Positions 50,949 to 59,302 of a stretch of DNA of 64,000 nt are shown here, in pieces; within the stretch, counting starts at the first letter, position 1; each line of letters begins with the position of its first letter. A program made the translations under genes and the position numbers. Source of the stretch: Candidatus Thorarchaeota archaeon (GTDB taxonomy: Archaea; Asgardarchaeota; Thorarchaeia; Thorarchaeales; Thorarchaeaceae); NCBI GenBank assembly GCA_019057475.1, contig DXJO01000041.1:32001-96000 (forward strand), given 5' to 3'. The notes beneath the pieces were generated by a model. The model was not told the origin of the DNA and did not search any database. It saw only the letters and a program-made list of their open reading frames with translations.

Positions 50949-51200
50949 ATGAAATTCCTCATAGAATGGCATACTAAGCCAAAACATAGAGAGAAGTTGA
51001 ATAATCTAATCGAAAAGTGGAAGCCTCCAGACGAATTTAAATTCTTGATTCCGCCTTATCACGTGGTGGGTGGTCATCGAGGCATGGCTGTAATTGAAGT
51101 CGATGATGTGGAAATCCTCCAGAAGGGTCTAGGATTCTTCATGGATTTCGCGGATTTCGTGGTCACACCGATCCGTCCTTTGCTTCCTGTTCCTAAGTAG
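50949..51200 (+). CDS. DUF3303-like small protein
   Basis: MKFLIEW...YHVVGGHRGMAVIEVDD...VTPI. Confidence 0.75.
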   Translation: MKFLIEWHTKPKHREKLNNLIEKWKPPDEFKFLIPPYHVVGGHRGMAVIEVDDVEILQKGLGFFMDFADFVVTPIRPLLPVPK

Positions 51201-51284
51201 TCCAGTTATCTATCAACTTGTGCATTGGAACTCTTTCAGTGAGTACGATACCCCATTCAATAAGAGAAAGAAAGAGCCTATCGA

Positions 51285-51307
51285 TTCGAATCTCACCCGG
51301 GCCACCA
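51285..51307 (+). repeat. tRNA 3'-end copy 7 (distal boundary)
   Basis: TTCGAATCTCACCCGGGCCACCA, 21/23 to the resident tRNA-Ala. Confidence 0.85.
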
Positions 51308-51382
51308 CTCTCTTCTCATCATCCCTATCCCATCCAAATGAATCAAATACGTCAATAGAGATGCTCTCATTGGAGAAGTAAC

Positions 51383-51952
51383 TTGCAGAATACCTCAACC
51401 TTTGAAGCCCCGATGCAGAGGATTCGGCTAGACCGACTGCCTCAGGGAGAGCCCATTCTGGATGTAGGAGCCGGGGGAGAGGGATTGGTGTCAAGAATCG
51501 AAGGCGCAAGAGTATGCGCTATTGACATCCGGATGGATGAGATAAGGGAAGCGCGCATTCATGACCCACCTTCCAATTGGTTTGTTGGTGATGGTAGGGC
51601 TCTTTGTTTTCGCGACTCCAGCTTTCAGGTAGCCACACTCTGGTTCTCGCTTGGATACATGAGAGATTGGGAAACCAAGCACCAAGTCATGAAAGAGGTG
51701 CAGAGAGTCCTGAAGCCGGATGGGGTTGTATCAATCATGGCCAGCAAGATAGTATGCAAGGAGGACAGATTCTTATTCAGAGTAGTGTATACTCTCCCTG
51801 ATGGGACCATTTCCCAAACAGGCTACGGAGTCAGAGGGAAACAGGATCAGACGCTTGAGAGTGCTAGTCGATTGCTGGAGGATATGGGCTTCAGACTAGA
51901 GCGTACTCAGGAGCATGAACACTGGTTCGAGATTCTAGCCGTAAAGCAATAG
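51383..51952 (+). CDS. Class I SAM-dependent methyltransferase
   Basis: ILDVGAGGEG, RVLKPDG. Confidence 0.85.
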   Translation: MQNTSTFEAPMQRIRLDRLPQGEPILDVGAGGEGLVSRIEGARVCAIDIRMDEIREARIHDPPSNWFVGDGRALCFRDSSFQVATLWFSLGYMRDWETKHQVMKEVQRVLKPDGVVSIMASKIVCKEDRFLFRVVYTLPDGTISQTGYGVRGKQDQTLESASRLLEDMGFRLERTQEHEHWFEILAVKQ

Positions 51953-52022
51953 TGCATGCTTCGCATCTCCAAAACCTTAAAGTGGACACCTTATGCTGAC
52001 CGAGCCAACCCGCAGTAGGTGA

Positions 52023-52547
52023 TTGAGATTGAGTCTAGCAGTATGGTGGAAACGTGGCAGCAAACCTGGACTCATCATGATATTCTTGGGTATAGCGGGG
52101 CTGGTTCAGATTCCAGTTATGTGGCACGCTCAAGTCTACGTTCAGGTGTTGAGTGCTGAGCTGCAATTGATTGTGAGTTTGGGTGCCATGGTAGTGCTCA
52201 CAGGTGCTTACGTTGTGATGGCAGAAACAATGTATCGCTGGGCGCACATTGTATCCAAAAGGAAAGTACGCAGACGACAGAGAGCGAAATCGAACTGGAT
52301 AACCAAGCTCTCAGCTTTCGCTAGATCTTGGCAGGACCTGCCAGCGTTTGTTGGTGTTGCACTCATCACATGCATCTTCTTCATGCTATACTTCGTGCCA
52401 TTTGGAGTGTCGGACATGACCAATCTCCCCTCCTGGTTAGCCGCACTAGCATTCCTTGATCCTCTCTTTGTGTATCCTCTAGGTGTCAACATCGCTGCTG
52501 TCATTTGCGCAGTCATTGCTAGCTACATGAACCACAAGGTACGGTAG
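52023..52547 (+). CDS. Hypothetical 4-TM membrane protein
   Basis: Four hydrophobic helices with a basic loop. Confidence 0.7.
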   Translation: MRLSLAVWWKRGSKPGLIMIFLGIAGLVQIPVMWHAQVYVQVLSAELQLIVSLGAMVVLTGAYVVMAETMYRWAHIVSKRKVRRRQRAKSNWITKLSAFARSWQDLPAFVGVALITCIFFMLYFVPFGVSDMTNLPSWLAALAFLDPLFVYPLGVNIAAVICAVIASYMNHKVR

Positions 52548-52656
52548 GACACAGCAGTCAAAGGACTTGTTGTGGTTGCTGCAGTCAGTATTTGCTTGGT
52601 ACCATAACTGAGGCCTTAATTACCCGCCGGGCTGTTAACGTTGACGAAGTGATTCT

Positions 52657-53133
52657 ATGACAGGTGGACTCAAAGCAGGTGACAAAGGACCAGACTTCAC
52701 TTTGTGGGAAGCGCCAGGCAAGAGCGTGACGCTCAGTGAGGAACTCGAGAAAGGACCAGTCGTGTTAGCATTCTACCCAGCTGACTTCACGTCGGTCTGC
52801 CAGAAGGAACTCTGTACATTCAGGGATGCACTAGCGGCCTATAATAAGCTGGGAGCGAATGTCCTTGGAATATCGGTAGACAGCATCTTCAGCCACGCGG
52901 CCTTCAAGGAGGCGAACCAGATTCAATTTCCACTCCTATCGGACTGGGAGAAGACGGCTATCAGGGATTACGATATTGTGCATCCAGACCTTGCAGGAAT
53001 GAAGAACGTTGCTAGGAGGGCAGTTTTTGTGATAGGCATGGATGGTAAGATTGCATACTCGTGGGTCGGCGATAGCCCTGGGGACCTACCACCATTCGAT
53101 GATGTGCAAAAAGCAGTTGAGAGCCTAAGCTAA
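52657..53133 (+). CDS. Peroxiredoxin (AhpE/BCP-like)
   Basis: FYPADFTSVCQKE, GISVDS, LLSD, RRAVFVI. Confidence 0.92.
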   Translation: MTGGLKAGDKGPDFTLWEAPGKSVTLSEELEKGPVVLAFYPADFTSVCQKELCTFRDALAAYNKLGANVLGISVDSIFSHAAFKEANQIQFPLLSDWEKTAIRDYDIVHPDLAGMKNVARRAVFVIGMDGKIAYSWVGDSPGDLPPFDDVQKAVESLS

Positions 53134-53186
53134 CTTCGACTGGTGACGCTAGCTTTATATTTCCACAGCAAGGGTCAAGCCACTGA

Positions 53187-53293
53187 GCCGCGGTAGATCA
53201 GCCAGGGAGATCGCACGGCTGAAGACCGTGTTGTCGCCGGTTCAAATCTAGTTGTGATTACCACAACTGGTGAATGTCCGGCCCGCGGCACCA
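53187..53293 (+). tRNA. tRNA-Phe(GAA) with ~30-nt T-loop intron (~53247-53276)
   Basis: GCCGCGG/CCGCGGC acceptor, CACGG-CTGAAGA-CCGTG, GCCGG-TTCAAA[hairpin]T-CCGGC, CCA. Confidence 0.92.
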
Positions 53294-53390
53294 CTTATTC
53301 TATCCAAGCATTTCCTCTCCTGAGTGTAAGAAGATTCAATACAAAGCTGGCGACCAATGTGAATCAATGTGTGTAGGGAGATTATTGGAT

Positions 53391-53624
53391 TTGAAGCAAT
53401 CAGGAAAATGTCCGAAGTGTAATAGTTCGAACATTTGGAATAATTCTCATCTTCAAGTAAATCGAAGTGTTACTGCAAGAAGATGGATTTTGGTCCATAT
53501 CACAGGCATGTTTGGTTTGACTCGTAAATATGCATTCAAAGACGAGTATGTCTGTGTTGATTGTGGATATTCTGAAACGTTTATTGATGAGGTGGGTCTA
53601 GAAACCATCAGAGAATATGGATGA
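53391..53624 (+). CDS. Small zinc-ribbon protein
   Basis: CPKCNS ... CVDCGYSETF; the track's longer N-terminus overlaps tRNA-Phe. Confidence 0.7.
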   Translation: MKQSGKCPKCNSSNIWNNSHLQVNRSVTARRWILVHITGMFGLTRKYAFKDEYVCVDCGYSETFIDEVGLETIREYG

Positions 53625-53635
53625 GGCGATTAGTA

Positions 53636-54304
53636 ATGAATTTGAAAGATTATTTGAATTCAACAAAATTCTGTGATTGCGACAATCAAGAAATAATTGC
53701 TAAGGCGAAGGAACTTACACAGAATGATAAAACATCAAGAGAGATGGCGTTGAGCATCTTTCATTTTGTAAGAGATCAGATAAAATTCATGATGAGCGAT
53801 TTTGTCAAAGCGTCTGAAACTCTAAAGAATGGAATTGGTGATTGCGGCAATAAAACGAATCTTCAAGTTGCATTATTGCGCTCAGTCAATATTCCAGCTA
53901 GATATCATATTGCTTCTCTACGTAAAGAGAGCATCAAAGGCATAGTTTCTGAAATGCTATATCAAGGAGCGCCAGATGAAATACCATTTCATCCTTGGTG
54001 TGAGTGTTATATTTCCGAAAAATGGATTTCTTGCGACACACTATTGGATAAAGCATTGACTGATACTATTTACAAAAAGGGCATTTTCACTAAAGAAGAA
54101 ATTCCAACAATCAATTGGGATGGTGAAAGTAATCTGAATACCATGACCAACTGGATGATAGAGGATAAGGGAACTTTTCCTTCTCTTGATGAATTATTCC
54201 TAGAGGTGCAAAAGCAGTCTGAAGAGAGTCCAATCGATAAGGACCTAATAGAAATGGTGGTTAAGCAATCAAATGAGTATACGGATAGCCTACGAGAACA
54301 ATGA
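53636..54304 (+). CDS. Transglutaminase-like cysteine protease
   Basis: GDCGNK, LLRSVNIPARY, HPWCE, W.SCDT (Cys-His-Asp intact). Confidence 0.88.
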   Translation: MNLKDYLNSTKFCDCDNQEIIAKAKELTQNDKTSREMALSIFHFVRDQIKFMMSDFVKASETLKNGIGDCGNKTNLQVALLRSVNIPARYHIASLRKESIKGIVSEMLYQGAPDEIPFHPWCECYISEKWISCDTLLDKALTDTIYKKGIFTKEEIPTINWDGESNLNTMTNWMIEDKGTFPSLDELFLEVQKQSEESPIDKDLIEMVVKQSNEYTDSLREQ

Positions 54305-54447
54305 TTGTAGATAGCCCCACTTGACCACTGACCTATATTTCAATAACAGGTTCTTTTCAGTGATTGAAATGACCTACTTCAGAATCATATCAAGTTCCTG
54401 GCATTGGTGTGAGTCCGAGTAAGGTTTCTTGTTTTAGTACTAGTTGA

Positions 54448-54521
54448 GGGCCAGTGGTCTAGCGTATGACATCTCTCTGATATAGAGAAGATCGAAGGTT
54501 TCAGTCCTTCCTGGCCGACCA
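54448..54521 (+). tRNA. Degenerate tRNA-Ile(GAT), possibly a pseudogene
   Basis: TCTCT-CTGATAT-AGAGA anticodon arm, GAAGG/CCTTC T stem, ACCA end; G1:G72 mismatch, T loop TTTCAGT, no D-loop GG. Confidence 0.65.
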
Positions 54522-54523
54522 AT

Positions 54524-54602
54524 GGGATGTTGGTCTAGCTCGGTGAATGACATTGCTCTTATATGGCGAAGATTGGCGGTTCGATTCCGCCACATCCCAC
54601 CA
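54524..54602 (+). tRNA. tRNA-Ile(TAT)
   Basis: GGGATGT/ACATCCC perfect acceptor, GTC/GAC D stem with GG, TTGCT-CTTATAT-GGCGA, GGCGG-TTCGATT-CCGCC, A-CCA. Confidence 0.82.
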
Positions 54603-54994
54603 TTTCTACTTCTGTCGGGTTCTCTTTGTGACTGTGATTTTGAGAACGACACCGGATGAAGTCGGATTCGGACAGCGAACAAACTCAGTTGTCACTCCGT
54701 CCTTGTTGATTATTTTCTCGTAAGGAGTTCCTTTGTATGACCAGCCAAGTCGTCCATCATGCTGCAGCACTCGAATCATGTGACTTGCACTATCAATCAG
54801 CCAGTTGCACATCTTACCGGTACCAAAGGGATACTTGAATTTCTAACCTACCTTATGTTTTCGACAACCACTCTCGAATATCTCTAGTTCAATGTTTCTC
54901 ATAGAATACAAACCCGCGTTTTACTATTCAGACTATACAATAGGAGTCTCTATCTGCGCAGGGATTCTTCATAGAATCATGGAATTGTTGTGAT

Positions 54995-55617
54995 TCACTT
55001 CTTAGGGGGTTTCAACATGTCCCAGTGTGGGATGTCAGCAGTTGGAACATAGCCCTTGGCTAGAACTTCAAACCCGTAATGTTCGTAAATTGACACATTA
55101 GACTCACATTGTGCCTTAAGATAACAGGGCAATTCCAGCCTGTCAAGTCGTTCAAGCATTGGACGGATGAGTTTGCTTGAATAACCCTGACCTTGTAGCT
55201 CAGGATTAACAGCAACTGGACCAAGATGCATGTAGGGAGTAACCGCGTACTTCGCTCTTCGTTGATTTGTGAATTGATCCATTTTCATCATCCGATTGAC
55301 TGGATTTCTGCCCATCGCCCTAAGAAGCCCAAACCACCTGCTCGAAGATGTTTCCAGAGAGTACTATCTACTGTGTTCGAGTGTTGCCATATTGCCACTC
55401 CCTCTAATCTTGATGAGGTGGCATATACCTCTCCGTATTGGAGAGGCTGTTTCAACCTGAACTTGAAGAAGACTGGCAATAGCTTCTTTCTCTCCTCTTT
55501 ATTGGGAAAGAAGTGAACACATAGAGGATCATCCCAAAATGCGCGTGTCAACAAATCTACAGCCAGCCCGATATCGGACTTGGAGAGCTCAATCAATCCA
55601 TCAAGAGCAGAAGCCAT
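54995..55617 (-). pseudogene. GNAT acetyltransferase split by a 1-nt frameshift (~55328)
   Basis: LTRAFWDDP...GVAIW in ORF 55288..55617 continues as AVNPELQGQG...NVSIYEHYGF in ORF 54995..55315; adding one G restores GGLGLLRAMG. Confidence 0.75.
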
Positions 55618-55720
55618 CCATATTCTTCAACTCGCTGGAGATAATGAATCAGATGTACATTGAGTACAGTATCAAGAACCGTCACCTATTTCTTGTCGCA
55701 TCAAGTACAGTTTGTTGACG

Positions 55721-56164
55721 ATGAGAAACGACAAGGTCGAAATTCGGGTGAAACGACTCAATCCGGATGCAAGAATACCAGAAACCGCCAAGCCGGGAGA
55801 TGTTGCGTTCGACCTGTTTTCTGTGGTTGACTACGACTTAGAACCTGGCAACCGCTTCCCAGTTCCTACAGGATTGGCGATGGAGATACCTACTGGCTAT
55901 GAAGGACAAGTAAGACCAAGAAGTGGTCTTGCGTTCCGCAAGGGAATAACGACTCTGAACACCCCCGGTACAATCGACAGCGGGTATCGAGGGGAAGTCA
56001 AAGTCATTCTGATTAACCATGGGCATGAAACTTTTCATATAGAGAAAGGTATGCGGATTGCTCAGCTCGCAATCCGGTCCGTACCAGAAGCTAGGTTTGC
56101 TGAGGTAGATGCGCTCGCAGACTCAGAGCGTGGCACTGACGGTTTCGGCAGCACTGGATTTTGA
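55721..56164 (+). CDS. dut: dUTP diphosphatase (trimeric)
   Basis: RPRSGLA, GTIDSGYRGE, RIAQL, RGTDGFGSTG. Confidence 0.96.
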   Translation: MRNDKVEIRVKRLNPDARIPETAKPGDVAFDLFSVVDYDLEPGNRFPVPTGLAMEIPTGYEGQVRPRSGLAFRKGITTLNTPGTIDSGYRGEVKVILINHGHETFHIEKGMRIAQLAIRSVPEARFAEVDALADSERGTDGFGSTGF

Positions 56165-56231
56165 ATGGTAATCTACTAATACCGCACAGCAGTCTAGCAC
56201 GCATTCCGGTTCATCTACCGAGGAGAGAATA

Positions 56232-57443
56232 ATGCCAGACTATGATGTCATCATCGTGGGCGGTGGCCCCGCAGGTTCTACGGCTGCCAGGCGAATCGCT
56301 CAGAGAAACCTGAATGTGCTCCTTCTGGACAAGGCAACATTTCCAAGAGTCAAGCCTTGTGCGGGAGCAATGACAGACCGTGTGAGGAACGTCCTTGATT
56401 TTAGTATTGACGAAGTTGTTCAAAGACGATCATTTGGGCAACGATTCATTTCCCCGTCTGGCACCATTGTGGATTGTACGAGACCTGTTACGACCGGAGA
56501 CTTGCTGATGCGTGACGAATTTGACACGCTGCTCCTGCGAAAGGCCGAGGAGGCGGGTGCCAAAGTCAGAGAAGGAGTCAAGGTGGTCAGCGCTGAACAA
56601 GACGCAGACAAGATTACAGTGACGACGAGCGAGGGGGAGCGGATAGATGCTAAGTATCTCGTCGGAGCAGATGGCATCAATAGTGTAGTAGCAAAGAGTC
56701 TAGGTTTCTACAAACGCTGGTCTGCAAGTGACGCAGCTATCTGCATTGAGATAGAGGCAGAAGTTGGCGAAGAAGCGGTGGAGAGAATCTGTGGTGTGCC
56801 CTATGAAGAGAAGGGGGTTGCCATTCACATCTATTTCGGTCCTGTCCCGTTTGGCTACATCTGGTGTTTTCCCAAGAAATCCATATTGAGCTTGGGTGCA
56901 GGTTGCATGCAAGCCAAAGCAAAGAACATCAGAGGGCTCTTCAACAAATGGTTCGAGGACTTCAAAGAGAAACATGACATTGATCCCAAAATCATTTCCG
57001 ACACAGCGGCTCGTATGCCTTACTCAGGTGCGGCAAAGAAGACCGTGATTGGCAGGACAATTCTCATTGGAGATGCTGCAGGCTTTGTGCCTCCGTTCTC
57101 AGGAGAGGGAATACTGCTGGCAGTTCAGTCTGCTATTATTGCAGCTCCTGTCTTGGAGAGGGCTGTGGCGAACTCCAATCCACGCGTCTTGATTGAGTTT
57201 GAGAAGAGTTGGAAGCAGGCATTTGGAAGCGACCTGAAGGTAGCAAAGAGCATCGCAGACCTGATGTTCAAGAGCGAGAAGAACATGAATACCATTCTTC
57301 GCTTGGCTCATGAGGATCAGGTTATCAACGACGTTATGTACAAGATGATTGCTGGCCTAGACTCCTACAAGAACCTCAAAAGACAACTGGTGAAACGGAT
57401 ACTGACAAAGCACCCACGGGCTGGATTGTCACTCTATACATGA
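56232..57443 (+). CDS. Geranylgeranyl reductase-family FAD oxidoreductase
   Basis: GGGPAG, FPRVKPCAG, GADG, YIWCFP, GDAAG..P.SGEGI. Confidence 0.88.
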   Translation: MPDYDVIIVGGGPAGSTAARRIAQRNLNVLLLDKATFPRVKPCAGAMTDRVRNVLDFSIDEVVQRRSFGQRFISPSGTIVDCTRPVTTGDLLMRDEFDTLLLRKAEEAGAKVREGVKVVSAEQDADKITVTTSEGERIDAKYLVGADGINSVVAKSLGFYKRWSASDAAICIEIEAEVGEEAVERICGVPYEEKGVAIHIYFGPVPFGYIWCFPKKSILSLGAGCMQAKAKNIRGLFNKWFEDFKEKHDIDPKIISDTAARMPYSGAAKKTVIGRTILIGDAAGFVPPFSGEGILLAVQSAIIAAPVLERAVANSNPRVLIEFEKSWKQAFGSDLKVAKSIADLMFKSEKNMNTILRLAHEDQVINDVMYKMIAGLDSYKNLKRQLVKRILTKHPRAGLSLYT

Positions 57444-57493
57444 TAAGCCCGTCGTAACGTTTTTAATTCGCACCCATCGTGATTCGTGAGAAT

Positions 57494-57601
57494 GGGTCGG
57501 TAGTCTAGTTGGCTATGATTCCGCATTGACATAGAATTCTGATTCTTCAGGGTTTTTCAAACGTGCGGCGGTCGGGAGTTCGAGTCTCCCCCGACCCACC
57601 A
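57494..57601 (+). tRNA. tRNA-Val(GAC) with ~31-nt anticodon-loop intron (~57532-57562)
   Basis: GGGTCGG/CCGACCC, CCGCA-TTGACA[intron]-TGCGG, GGGAG-TTCGAGT-CTCCC, CCA. Confidence 0.92.
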
Positions 57602-57607
57602 CTATTC

Positions 57608-57994
57608 TTACACAATGCCTTTGTTAGACAAGAGTTGCAAGAAGCCTCGAAAGAGAGACCGGTCTCTGCTTCTTCGAAACTCATCTAGTGCGTCAGAATA
57701 CGTTTCAAGAAACAAATCAGCGATTTCGTGCAGCTTCGACTTATTCTCCGTAGCATTATCATCGGCTGCGGCAACTGCGAATATCAAGTCCCCCTTAGCA
57801 ACAACTAGAAAGTACAGACTGCCAAGACTGATTTCGCTCACCTCTTCACCGGAGATGGTGGCCCCAAAGCTTCGCAGAGCAACTATGAATCCACTAACAA
57901 CCGCGGGGTCATCTGCAAGCGCTTGAAACCCCCCGACACTGGTTTCGAACAGCGTATTGCCTCCACTGTCGAGGATTACGATATTTCCAATCAT
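57608..57994 (-). CDS. Longin-like domain protein
   Basis: IVILDSGG.TLF...VSGFIVALRSF...LIFAV...KLHEI.DLFLETY, matching the longin beta-beta-alpha-beta-beta-beta-alpha pattern. Confidence 0.7.
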   Translation of the reverse strand: MIGNIVILDSGGNTLFETSVGGFQALADDPAVVSGFIVALRSFGATISGEEVSEISLGSLYFLVVAKGDLIFAVAAADDNATENKSKLHEIADLFLETYSDALDEFRRSRDRSLFRGFLQLLSNKGIV

Positions 57995-58048
57995 CTTGGA
58001 ATGAAGAAAAGACTGAGAGTGGAGATTAAGGTTTCTAGGAGGAGCCTG

Positions 58049-58570
58049 TTAGAAGTACATTCCAGCCCGCATGGGATAGCGCTCTCTGAAGGTCTTCTCA
58101 GCCTCTTTGTCCAGCATGCTCGTCAACTTGGACATCTCAGGGCTGAGAGAGGCAAGGTCAGGCCGTGCAAGGATCGGGCCGGTCAGCAGATGGCTGCTCT
58201 TGATACGATCCAGATCAAGTGGCGATACTGGGGCCCTTCGTATGATGGACTCTAAATTTGGTCGAGCGATACTAGGCTGAGTCAGTGACTTGATTATTCG
58301 CTCAAAGTCACGATTACTCAGGGGTCTCAGACCAAACTCTGGGGAAGACTTTACAGAGTCCAATGCAGCCTGAGGACTAGGAAGCTCTATTCCTGCACCA
58401 GTGAACTCCCATGGATTAAGGGGAATCATCTTCAGCTGAAAAGCAGAATCGGGTCCAAGGACTAGCATGTCTCCACGAGGCGTGCTCATGACCCTCCAGC
58501 CTCGCGGCTTCTCTGCATACCTGTCCTGAATTCGAGAGAGTATCTCCTCTACTGGCTCTGTTTTTATCAC
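58049..58570 (-). CDS. Conserved hypothetical protein
   Basis: Protein-like composition, GAGG upstream. Confidence 0.65.
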   Translation of the reverse strand: MIKTEPVEEILSRIQDRYAEKPRGWRVMSTPRGDMLVLGPDSAFQLKMIPLNPWEFTGAGIELPSPQAALDSVKSSPEFGLRPLSNRDFERIIKSLTQPSIARPNLESIIRRAPVSPLDLDRIKSSHLLTGPILARPDLASLSPEMSKLTSMLDKEAEKTFRERYPMRAGMYF

Positions 58571-58693
58571 GTTTCCTCATTACTAATCTTGCGCCTGAAT
58601 TCATATCATTATTGGTATCTATGAAAAAGACCGTATTGAAGTAGACAGAGTGTATAATCCCATAGAGATCGGAACGCTGCAGTTGGACCTGTT

Positions 58694-59101
58694 TCACGAT
58701 CGCATTGCCAGTGCTTCACCTAGTGAGGTTTCAGACTCGATCTTTCCGCGGATGAGTTCAACTTCTTGGCCGAGGCTTGCTACAATCCCGGTGATCAACT
58801 TGTCAATCTCGTCTACCTGCTCATTCCATGATTTGTCTTTATCTTGAAGACTATCAAGGTCAATCGCATACTTGAATGTCAATGGTACACCCTTGACTCT
58901 AACTCCGATAGCGTATAGAGTCACTCGCCGCAACCTCTTCCGATCGTCAAGGAATGGACTAACGAAATAATCGGGATCGTAAGTCACCAGAGCAGCGCTT
59001 CTAGCATACTCCTTGAAATCCTCATAACGTTCAAGCACAACAGGGGGAATGAATACAGGCCGGGCTTCGCTCATTTTCACCATCTCGACATCTAGACCCA
59101 C
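58694..59101 (-). CDS. Hypothetical protein
   Basis: Full-length ORF filling the gap; no motif recognised. Confidence 0.65.
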   Translation of the reverse strand: MGLDVEMVKMSEARPVFIPPVVLERYEDFKEYARSAALVTYDPDYFVSPFLDDRKRLRRVTLYAIGVRVKGVPLTFKYAIDLDSLQDKDKSWNEQVDEIDKLITGIVASLGQEVELIRGKIESETSLGEALAMRS

Positions 59102-59302
59102 TTACCCCATTACTTCCTGTGGAACCAATGGAGGGCAGTGCATCATGAGAATCTTCTGACTCTGTCTAGTACGTAATTAGTATAATTCTATATAAATATT
59201 TCTATATTTTTATTTTATTCATTTTTCGTTTAGTAATAATGCGTTGGAACACGTGTTCTAAGAACGGGAATAGAATATGCGAGGAATTTGCACTGCAGCA
59301 AT

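Larger units (their letters stand above)
33182..51307. mobile_element. tRNA-Ala-anchored accessory region: ~12 kb island (to 45284) plus six small cassettes delimited by tRNA 3'-end copies
   Basis: Direct repeats of the tRNA 3' end; AT-richer sequence; nuclease, ATPase and hypothetical genes; frameshifted genes; no recognisable integrase. Confidence 0.75.

Noticed and set aside
45237-51307. CRISPR array or classical integron attC interpretation of the repeats
   Set aside because: Intervals are 0.5-2 kb and contain genes, the repeats are tRNA-derived, and I see no cas genes, IntI or attC R-box palindromes.
51213-51509. 98-aa minus-strand ORF
   Set aside because: Overlaps repeat copy 7 and the methyltransferase antisense; no motif.
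52657-53133. Selenocysteine recoding in the peroxiredoxin
   Set aside because: The peroxidatic residue is encoded by TGC (Cys); no in-frame TGA.
53274-53390. N-terminal extension of the zinc-ribbon ORF
   Set aside because: Starts inside tRNA-Phe; TTG at 53385/53391 after GGGAG is more plausible.
54440-54682. 80-aa minus-strand ORF
   Set aside because: Antisense to the two tRNA-Ile genes; no protein features.
59160-59300. Replication origin
   Set aside because: No cdc6/orc1 gene or ORB repeats recognised nearby.
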